Source of the DNA: a virus
Lineage: Duplodnaviria > Caudoviricetes
Length of the DNA: 64,000 bases
Virus record (IMG/VR): IMGVR_UViG_3300023435_000009
Direction: 5' to 3' (one strand)
Positions within the stretch are counted from its first letter, which is position 1. Every line of letters begins with the position of its first letter. Positions 56,547-64,000 of this stretch are shown here, piece after piece. The position numbers and the translations under genes are program-made. Below the pieces are notes generated by a model. The model did no database searches and was not told where the DNA came from. It saw nothing but the letters and a program-made list of their open reading frames with translations.

Positions 56547-56556
56547 AGGATGAAGT

Positions 56557-57969
56557 ATGGCTCACGGATGGGATCCAGACCCCACAGCGCAACCAATACC
56601 GCCGCAGAACGGTCAGGTTATTACGCCGTTCGAGCGGGGGGTGTTGGATGTGCGGTGGGACAATCCAGCGCTGCTGGCGGGGAACACCCTGTACACAGTG
56701 ATTGGGGTGAATGTCTATCGGTCTGATGTTTCCGACCGTGGCCCCTACTTCCGAGTCAACGAATACCCCATTGGTGGTGCCTATTTTCGGGACAGGACGG
56801 AGAACGTCTTCATCTCCCGTGAGCCGGTACTGTGGAACCAGTCCTGGTTGTTCAAGGGGAACGCCCCAAACGACCGTCGATGGGTGTTAAAAACTCACAG
56901 CCCTATCGCCAAGAAGATCCCTCAGGGTCCATTCCAAACGGCAACGGCAGCCAACGCCCCTTCGGACGTGACAGTCTATGTGGATGGGGTTGAAGTTCCT
57001 GTTGATGACGTGTTTGGTCCCTCTGGGGAGGTGACTCTCATCAACCAGGCCACCTTCGATTCGTTGACGGAGAAGAACGAGACGGCGATCCTCCCATCTG
57101 AGACTAGCGTCGTGGAAATCTCCTACTGGGTAACCAGGAACCACGTCCGGTCAGGTCTGGATGCCAATCTTTTCTATCGATTGACGACGGTGGTTTTGGA
57201 TGCCACCACGCCCAGCGGATACAAGGAGACGGCCCTTTCCTATTGTCCAGCGCTGACCCTCAACGATGTAGAGACCATGGACTACATCTGGCGGGAAGCC
57301 GTCAGGCGGAATCACTGGATTCTGCAACAGGGTGGGGAGCGGGTGAAACTGTTTATCCGGCGACAGTCTGGTGTGCCCTGTTCTTGTGAGTTGGACGACC
57401 GCATGAGGGAATACTCGAAGCAGCCCTCCAACCGTTGCACAATCTGCTACGGGACAGGTTTCATCGGGGGTTATGAAGGACCATACTCGATCATCATCGT
57501 CCCTGATGATGCGGAACGACGGATCTCCCAACTGGCTCAGGGGCGACGTAAAGAACACACCTACGAGATCTGGACGGGACCGTCTCCCGTCGTGACCCAG
57601 CGGGACTTTATAGCCAAGCAGACTAACGAGCGTTATTCTGTGGGTCCGGTACGTCGGCCCTCTAACAGGGGTAACAGGCTCCAACAACATTTCAACATCG
57701 CCTACTTCGATGAGCAGGACATTCGGTACTCTGTGCCTATTGATGGGACAGCATCCTTCCCGTGGCCCGAGACCCGTTATGGTCAACTCTCTTACCCGCC
57801 GATGCCAGTGGACGGCGAGTTGAAGCCTCCGCAGTGGGCACAGCCTGATATACCCCCGTACCCTGAGGGAGAGAGTGCCCAGATCCCGATGGAAACGGAG
57901 AAGGATAGTACCCCGAACGAGAAGGAACAGCGAGGCCGCACTCCGGTCTGGGAAAACACTTCGTACTAA
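56557..57969 (+). CDS. Putative neck/head-closure protein
   Basis: FN3-like N-terminus; GERVKLFIRR..PCSC..CTICYGTGF pattern seen in myovirus neck proteins. Confidence 0.6.
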   Translation: MAHGWDPDPTAQPIPPQNGQVITPFERGVLDVRWDNPALLAGNTLYTVIGVNVYRSDVSDRGPYFRVNEYPIGGAYFRDRTENVFISREPVLWNQSWLFKGNAPNDRRWVLKTHSPIAKKIPQGPFQTATAANAPSDVTVYVDGVEVPVDDVFGPSGEVTLINQATFDSLTEKNETAILPSETSVVEISYWVTRNHVRSGLDANLFYRLTTVVLDATTPSGYKETALSYCPALTLNDVETMDYIWREAVRRNHWILQQGGERVKLFIRRQSGVPCSCELDDRMREYSKQPSNRCTICYGTGFIGGYEGPYSIIIVPDDAERRISQLAQGRRKEHTYEIWTGPSPVVTQRDFIAKQTNERYSVGPVRRPSNRGNRLQQHFNIAYFDEQDIRYSVPIDGTASFPWPETRYGQLSYPPMPVDGELKPPQWAQPDIPPYPEGESAQIPMETEKDSTPNEKEQRGRTPVWENTSY

Positions 57970-57978
57970 GAGGAGCCC

Positions 57979-58947
57979 GTGAAGTTTTTAGGGGACTGTC
58001 GAGTTTGTGGGCGGCTGGTTCCAACTTACCGTTCACTGGGCCAACATTTACGTCACGCCACAGATCCATCTCATGCTCGTTTGCGTAAGAAATGGGACAC
58101 CTGGCGGGCCGAGTACCGAGCAACTCTTTGTTGTCGCAAATGTGGGCAACTTTGGGAGATCTCAGACATAGGGGCCAAGGACTCTAAACGATGCCCTAAG
58201 TGCGAGAAACTCCGCCGGTCTATGAGTAAACGGCAATACGAAAAGCTGACGTTTAATAAACTACCTGATCCTCGCCAAGTCATGAGCCCCTCAGGGTCTA
58301 AAGCTAAGTGGGATGGTCTTTCAAGCCGACATCTTGTCTGGACCCCTGGGGATTTAATCTATCGCCAAGTCGTAGCAGGAGTTAAGGGGGGAGAACACCT
58401 AAATGCCCTCAGGGTTCGGCTGGGGATTTCCTACAAGGTACTTCGGGCAGTGGCGGTACATGCCTTTGGGGCAGAGGTTGTTCGGCAGTTGATGAGGCAA
58501 CGGAAAGTTGAGTCTGCCCGCCGGATGGTGAAAAAGGCCCAAACCCGCAGTGGACTAGAGGATCGTTTTGTTGCCGACCTGCAAGTTGCAGGTGTTCCCG
58601 TGGTGTCTCGGAATGACTGGTTGACATTAGAGGTGGCAGGCGTCCGCACGCATCGGGAAGCAGACATTAAGGTGGGCCTCCCCAAAGGGCGGAAGTTGGT
58701 GGTGCTTTGTGATGGGGAGGTTTTCCACGGGCCAAACACCTTATATGGGGATCCCCAGACTCGTATTGCAGACGACGTGGCAACAGCATGGGCTTTTTTC
58801 TCTTTGGGTTATTCCGTCTGTAGATACTCTGAGTCTGAGATCGGGTCCGGCCAAGCCTTGTCCCATTTGCAGAGGGTGCTCCCCGCACTACAGGGGGATG
58901 ACCGGATCCTCCGTCTTTGGTTTCCTCCGACAGAGGAGTTCCACTGA
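57979..58947 (+). mobile_element. Putative Vsr/EDxHD-like endonuclease with zinc fingers
   Basis: CRVC..HL..H, CRKC..CPKC; EADI..VLCDGEVFHG..GYSVCRYSESE. Confidence 0.65.
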
Positions 58948-59558
58948 TGGCCGAGTCAGCCAAGAGAGTCCGAGCTATCCTGGGTGGTCCCTTGGCAAAG
59001 ATGACGGGGCTTCCCGTCACGCCTAAGCTGCTCATGAAGGTGGGTAAGTGCCTGACGGATGCTCTGGCTGAGGAGTCCAAAAAGTACTTCAGCAAAAGAG
59101 GTTGGTCCGGCAGAGACCCAATGGGAGGTCCCGCCATATGGGATTCCTACTCATGTCGATTACGGGGTAAGAGTACCTTGGAGATCACATCTTCCTTTTA
59201 TGGGATGAATGTTCTAGCAAGGGGGGACATCCCTGAACGGAAGATGACCTGGCTCACCCAGGAGGCGAAGGACAGGCAACCCACCAAGTATAAGCTGACG
59301 GACCAGGAGAAGCGGTTGGGGATGAAGCAGACGGGTCGGGTGTCCAAGGGTACCCGAATGCCCCTGATCGTGCCCATCACGACTGATGGCGGTACAGTAG
59401 AGCTACGGCGAGCGCCGCTTCAGCTTGGGAACGCTTGGATTCATCCGGGGATCGCAAAGTTCACGTTCTTCGAGACTGCAGTGCGGAAATGGAAAGCTCG
59501 TTGTGGACAGATCATCGTGGATGAGTTCATCCGAATTGCCACTGGAGGCAAGCCGTGA
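58947..59558 (+). CDS. Putative tail-completion/neck protein (HK97 gp10-like)
   Basis: Basic protein ending HPG..FFETAV; position among neck genes. Confidence 0.45.
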   Translation: MAESAKRVRAILGGPLAKMTGLPVTPKLLMKVGKCLTDALAEESKKYFSKRGWSGRDPMGGPAIWDSYSCRLRGKSTLEITSSFYGMNVLARGDIPERKMTWLTQEAKDRQPTKYKLTDQEKRLGMKQTGRVSKGTRMPLIVPITTDGGTVELRRAPLQLGNAWIHPGIAKFTFFETAVRKWKARCGQIIVDEFIRIATGGKP

Positions 59559-60136
59559 GAGAAGCCCGCATCAAATGTCTTTGTCGGTCGTTGCGGCTGC
59601 CTGACCTCAAAATCATTCTTGTGAAAGGGCAGGAGGTGTCCATCGCAGAGGGGATCGCAATCGCTTCGGGGGATCTGGCGACCGCTGTGCGGATCAAAGC
59701 GGTGCGGGTCCGGTACGTGACCGTTTGTACTACGCAACGGGAGGCCCCTGACACTACCTTGAGGGTTGGGAAGCTCCGTCCCCCAGTGCTCCGTCCGAAA
59801 ACACCACTGAAGGCACCCCAGGCGCTCCCAGAGCCCCCTCCGGCTACCCTGACGACCCAGGTCGTGAAGGTTGATGTGGACACAGGGGCGATAGTGCAAG
59901 AAATCACGGACAAACTGCTGGCAAAGCTGGCCACACTGCCTCTCGGTAGTGTGGCGTTGGGTGCCCAACAGGGTATTGTAGATGAGCCCCTTCATTTCAT
60001 CCCCTCAGGGATGGTGCCTGAAGGGACTGAGGATTCCGTCCAGGTGACGGCTGAGGAGTCCAATGACGAGGCGGTGGCAAAAGCTACTGCTGCCCTTAGA
60101 AAGAGAAAGGGTCTGAAGACGGGGAAGAAAACATGA
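59555..60136 (+). CDS. Hypothetical protein (193 aa)
   Basis: GTGA overlaps with neighbours. Confidence 0.6.
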   Translation: MREARIKCLCRSLRLPDLKIILVKGQEVSIAEGIAIASGDLATAVRIKAVRVRYVTVCTTQREAPDTTLRVGKLRPPVLRPKTPLKAPQALPEPPPATLTTQVVKVDVDTGAIVQEITDKLLAKLATLPLGSVALGAQQGIVDEPLHFIPSGMVPEGTEDSVQVTAEESNDEAVAKATAALRKRKGLKTGKKT

Positions 60137-61167
60137 CGAAGGTTGAGACAGAAAAAAAATCTAAGGTGCCTTTGGGTTGTTCCATCGACATAGGGACTAT
60201 GAATTTGGTGTCTGCCCGGCGGACAGTCAAGGGTGTTGAGACCAAGCGGATGCGGGATGTTTTCCTGGACTTGTCCCCCAGTGCCAAGAAGATGCTGAAG
60301 CTCTCCGGGAAGTCCTTTGTGGATCGTGGGGACGACGTCCTCATCCTTGGGGATGCAGCGATGGAGATTGCCAATGTGTTCGGGCGGGAACCCCGCAGGC
60401 CCCTGTCTTCGGGCATTGTGTCTCCCAGCGAGGCATCGAGCCTGGAGGTTCTGGGTCTGCTGATCAAGAACGTGCTGGGTGAGCCTCAGGTTCCTAATGA
60501 GGTCTGCTACTACTCGGTCCCGGCAGCACCGCTGGATCAGCCGGATCGAGACGTGATTTACCACCAGGGTGTTTTCCAACGTATCGTGAAGGAGTGTGGG
60601 TACACCCCATACGCAGGTAACGAGGCGATGGCAATCATTTACAGCGAAGCTGCAGCGGATGATTTCTCAGGACTTTCCTTGTCCTTTGGGTCAGGTATGG
60701 TGAATGTCGCTCTGGCTATTAACACCATCGAGGGTCTAACCTTTTCAGTTGGCAGGGGTGGCGATTGGATTGACAAGGGTGCTTCCTCATCCGTAGGAGC
60801 TACCCAGGCCCGGATGTGTGCCGTTAAGGAGGCAGGATTTGATCTGAACAAGCCGGACGGTCGCTACCAGGAGGCTTTGGCCTTTTACTACCGGGCGATG
60901 GTAGAGTACGTCTTCGATCAGATCGTGGCCCGTTTTAAGCTGATCGAGGGTCAGTTTGCTCTTGCCCGTCCAATCCCTCTCATCGTGTCCGGTGGCACGA
61001 GCATGGCGGGGGGTTTCATGGAGTTCTTCACCAAGGTGTTCGAGGAGCGACGGAAGAAGTTCCCGATTGAGATCTTGGACATCCGGCAGGCTAAGGAGCC
61101 TTTGAACTGTGTGGCCTACGGTCTGCTTGTCCAGGCCATTCAGGAACAGGAAGGAGATGACGAATGA
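60133..61167 (+). CDS. Actin-like ATPase (ParM/MreB/AlfA superfamily)
   Basis: Phosphate-1 SIDIGTMN, connect-1 GNEAMA, phosphate-2 SFGSGMVN, adenosine IVSGGTS. Confidence 0.8.
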   Translation: MTKVETEKKSKVPLGCSIDIGTMNLVSARRTVKGVETKRMRDVFLDLSPSAKKMLKLSGKSFVDRGDDVLILGDAAMEIANVFGREPRRPLSSGIVSPSEASSLEVLGLLIKNVLGEPQVPNEVCYYSVPAAPLDQPDRDVIYHQGVFQRIVKECGYTPYAGNEAMAIIYSEAAADDFSGLSLSFGSGMVNVALAINTIEGLTFSVGRGGDWIDKGASSSVGATQARMCAVKEAGFDLNKPDGRYQEALAFYYRAMVEYVFDQIVARFKLIEGQFALARPIPLIVSGGTSMAGGFMEFFTKVFEERRKKFPIEILDIRQAKEPLNCVAYGLLVQAIQEQEGDDE

Positions 61168-62318
61168 ATGGGATTTCCGCTACGCCGCACACGACCGGCT
61201 GGACCAAGCCCACTAGGGGCCTCCAGTGCATCCACCCCGTGGTGTACCACTGCACGGATCAGAACAGTTTTTTCCGGGCTCTCATGTACTACCGGAAGAA
61301 ACCCCGTACCCCTTACGAGATTTCCGAGGAGCGAAGTGTCCCTGGAGGGACCGCTCCAGTCCGTGCCATAGGCTTTTTGGTTGAGGACGGGTTGACAAAT
61401 GAAGCCTATCAGGTGGACCTGTACAACGTGGACGTTCCGACACTGGACCAGGACATCCAAGATGTCTTCGGAGAATGGGACAAGGCGGAGTCGTTGGAGA
61501 TGTTCCTGTTGGGGGACATCTGGGAAGCGTCCTGGGCTTCTAAGGCTAACGTGGATGAGGTCGAAGCGATGGAGGAGTCCCTTCGGACCCAACGGCACGA
61601 ACGTCCGCAGAAGACCATCTCTGAGGACAAGGTTCAGGAGTATCGGGACCAGGCCCCTGATGAGATGCCCAGTTGCCATGATTTCCCCGTGCTCACAGAC
61701 TCACCACGGTCCCTTTCTAGGCTGAGGGTGCCGGAGGTCTCACAGGGTCCTTTCCTCTTCTCCGAGGAGCGAGAGTATGCACGGTGCCATCTTGAGGCGA
61801 TGGCTATGGTCGAGGAGGCAGAGGTTCCCTTCCAGGACATCCCCTGGTCACCCATCGTCACAACCCGCCCGTGCGTGTCCTTGGTTGACTGGTTGATTCA
61901 GTTGGCGCTGGCACAGAAGGCGGGGCACAATCTTGCCGTGTGTGATGATCTCAGAACGAGGCCGCTCGGGTTCATTGATGACGAGACGGATGAGTGGGTT
62001 TGTCTGGATCTGGCCCACCTGCACATAGGAGACCCCATTCCTGAGACCGTGGCCAAATCTCTTGGTAGGACGTCTCAGGAGATCAAACAGCTTCTCAATA
62101 CGGAAGAGGGTCGTACCCTTCTGATCACGGGGGCGCTCCCTGAGGCTCCGCCTGCGTCCGATGAGCGTCTGGATGAACTCAGTGCCACTTGGTGTGCCGA
62201 GGCTGAAGCTGACAAACCCGTGGACGTGGGAGTACATCAGCTTGTGCGCCCGAGTCCCCAGGACCCCCCCGTGCTGTCGGAAACGTCAGGGCGAGGGAAG
62301 GCAAAGGACGACGAATGA
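61164..62318 (+). CDS. Hypothetical protein, paralog A
   Basis: C-terminal ~170 aa nearly repeated in the next gene. Confidence 0.7.
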   Translation: MNGISATPHTTGWTKPTRGLQCIHPVVYHCTDQNSFFRALMYYRKKPRTPYEISEERSVPGGTAPVRAIGFLVEDGLTNEAYQVDLYNVDVPTLDQDIQDVFGEWDKAESLEMFLLGDIWEASWASKANVDEVEAMEESLRTQRHERPQKTISEDKVQEYRDQAPDEMPSCHDFPVLTDSPRSLSRLRVPEVSQGPFLFSEEREYARCHLEAMAMVEEAEVPFQDIPWSPIVTTRPCVSLVDWLIQLALAQKAGHNLAVCDDLRTRPLGFIDDETDEWVCLDLAHLHIGDPIPETVAKSLGRTSQEIKQLLNTEEGRTLLITGALPEAPPASDERLDELSATWCAEAEADKPVDVGVHQLVRPSPQDPPVLSETSGRGKAKDDE

Positions 62319-63034
62319 GCACCGTGAAGACGTTCGAGGTCATCACACGCACGACCGTGGAGTTGCCTGACGGTACGATGCAGACGTCTGACAAGACCTT
62401 TAAGCTGGACCCTGACTCCGTCAATATCCATAGCCATGGAGATGCAGGGATGGGGCACTTCCTGTCCCTTTCCGGGATGACCATCCCAGACCCCCTCCGG
62501 CGGCGAGAGATTGTTCCCGGTACAGGAGAGGAGGTGGTGGAGAATGCTCGTCGCCACGTTGGTGCCAGGGCTGTGATAGAGGAGGCTGAGGCTCCTTTCC
62601 GGGCGGTCTCCTGGCCCCCTGTCGTTACACCTCGTCCGTGCGAGTCCTTGACGGACTGGCTGCTTCAGTTGGTGCAGGCAAAGGAAGCGGGGCACGATCT
62701 TGCCGTGTGTGAGGATCCCAAAGCGAGGATGTTCGGGTTCATCGAGGATGAGACGGATGAGTGGGTTTGCCTGAAGCTGGTTTGCCTACATATCGGAGAT
62801 CCTATTCCTGAGGTCGTGGCTAAGGGTTTGGGCTTGCCCGCTGAGGAGATCAAGCAGCTTCTCCATACGGGGGAGGGTCGTACCCTTTTGATTCGGGGGG
62901 CCTTGCCTATTGCACCGCCTGCGTCTGATGAGAAGCTGGCGGAACTCAGTGCCACTTGGTGTGCCGAGGCTGTGGCCGACAAACCCATGGACGTGGGGGA
63001 GCATCATCTTGTGCGGCCAGGGCTGCCTGGATGA
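62315..63034 (+). CDS. Hypothetical protein, paralog B
   Basis: Shares GHxLAVCxD..GFIxDETDEWVCL..LHIGDPIPE. Confidence 0.7.
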   Translation: MSTVKTFEVITRTTVELPDGTMQTSDKTFKLDPDSVNIHSHGDAGMGHFLSLSGMTIPDPLRRREIVPGTGEEVVENARRHVGARAVIEEAEAPFRAVSWPPVVTPRPCESLTDWLLQLVQAKEAGHDLAVCEDPKARMFGFIEDETDEWVCLKLVCLHIGDPIPEVVAKGLGLPAEEIKQLLHTGEGRTLLIRGALPIAPPASDEKLAELSATWCAEAVADKPMDVGEHHLVRPGLPG

Positions 63035-63333
63035 AAGAGATTCGTCTGACTTTGGTTGAGGATGATGGGTCGGAGATGACCTACGTGGTTATGACCACTA
63101 CCTTCGAGATGTCTCAGTCAGCGAACATTGTACCAGTCCGCACCACGGGTATTCCAAGTCCGGTCGCCTACGTTCGGGGTGTCACCCCACCAGCGGAGAT
63201 CAGTTTCAAGGGCTTTGTGCTAAACACAGTCAAGACGGAACTGGACCCCCCCATTGTGGCCACCGTGGTAGAGGAAGAGCCTCCTGGAGCCTTCCGAGAG
63301 TTTCTGGAGGGGAGCCCCTCCGCCCCCCATTGA
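63031..63333 (+). CDS. Hypothetical protein (100 aa)
   Basis: ATGA coupling at 63031. Confidence 0.55.
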   Translation: MKEIRLTLVEDDGSEMTYVVMTTTFEMSQSANIVPVRTTGIPSPVAYVRGVTPPAEISFKGFVLNTVKTELDPPIVATVVEEEPPGAFREFLEGSPSAPH

Positions 63334-63399
63334 CGTTAAAACACTGATAATTTCCGTTGGCTGATGGGTAAAGTATTCAGTTGTTGACGGAGGTGTCCC

Positions 63400-64000
63400 A
63401 TTTATTTCAGATTAACAGCGGCCCTCAAAAGACGCTTCATTCTAGAGTTGCGGAAGTACTGGCAGTATCACCCCCGGTACAGGGATCTGGTGGACAACAT
63501 CCAGGGGAAGTATTCCTTCAAGGAACGACCCCAGCATAGCATCGTCGTTAAGACAGGTGGTGGTAGTCGGGTTGACCTCTCGGCGGACAACTACATTGGC
63601 ATCGTTACCAGCTACGTCTACCTGACCCGAGTGCAGAACTACCCTGGGACCGCTTTGGAGTGGGTCCGGGAGGACTCTGTAGCCATCCAGAACAACAGTG
63701 GGCGTTTCCCTTCCTCGCCGGGGGTCTACTTCATCGAGTTGACGGGGGACACGGAGTTCTACGTTGATCAGCTTTTGGACGTCTACAGGGAAGCCGTCAC
63801 AGCAGTCAGTACCACGCACTGGCAGCTTCAACAGCCGCCTGTGACGGGAACCCTCCGCCTCTTCGAAATGCCTGCTGGATTCCAGCTTGTGGAGGAGGTC
63901 AACTACACCCTCACCCTGGACGGTTCAGGTAAACCTACGGGTGAGATCGTGCTGACTGAGGCCCTCACAGGAGGCCGGTCTCTGGTGGCTGATTACCGTT
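63400..64000 (+). CDS. Probable tail-terminator/neck-region structural protein, 3'-truncated, not in the ORF track
   Basis: Frame open from 63400 to the window end (IYFRLTAALKRRFILELRKYW...); GGAGGT SD; in-frame TGA at 63385 means no upstream start. Confidence 0.7.
   Translation, partial: MYFRLTAALKRRFILELRKYWQYHPRYRDLVDNIQGKYSFKERPQHSIVVKTGGGSRVDLSADNYIGIVTSYVYLTRVQNYPGTALEWVREDSVAIQNNSGRFPSSPGVYFIELTGDTEFYVDQLLDVYREAVTAVSTTHWQLQQPPVTGTLRLFEMPAGFQLVEEVNYTLTLDGSGKPTGEIVLTEALTGGRSLVADYR

Noticed and set aside
61800-63020. Template/variable repeat pair of a diversity-generating retroelement
   Set aside because: Differences are not adenine-specific, both copies are coding, and no reverse transcriptase is in the window.
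1-64000. tRNA/rRNA genes or stop-codon reassignment
   Set aside because: No cloverleaf with T-loop signature was noticed by eye, and the ORFs tile the window under the standard code. A tRNAscan run would be needed to exclude tRNAs fully.

Overview
This window is the virion-morphogenesis region of a large tailed dsDNA phage (jumbo-phage-like, GC-rich, standard code, mostly + strand). The order is: terminase large subunit (with an intein), portal (with an intein), a 3032-aa multi-enzyme protein, a topoisomerase IB-containing protein, prohead protease, acidic scaffold, decoration-like protein and major capsid protein. Paralogous structural genes and neck/head-tail genes follow, with an actin-like ATPase among them. 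The region carries many selfish elements: two inteins, three TnpB-only elements, and GIY-YIG/NUMOD3, LAGLIDADG and Vsr-like endonucleases. The strongest novel signal is a recurring peptide motif, (R/K)-[IVL]-A-x-R-[YW]-L, often followed by K/R-x-A/S. It sits at domain boundaries of the giant protein and in several other genes of the window. This suggests a capsid-loading and protease-processing code that packages a polyprotein of counter-defence enzymes (2H phosphoesterase, CCA/poly(A)-type nucleotidyltransferase, pyrophosphatase, four HExxH peptidases, ParB-like, GNAT-like, Topo IB). Other highlights are a ~460-nt structured non-coding region with group-I-like core elements, a PncC/CinA NMN deamidase, a LAGLIDADG-DNA methylase fusion, a candidate phage promoter motif and a probable ATT start codon. 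All family calls come from reading motifs by eye; no database search was run.
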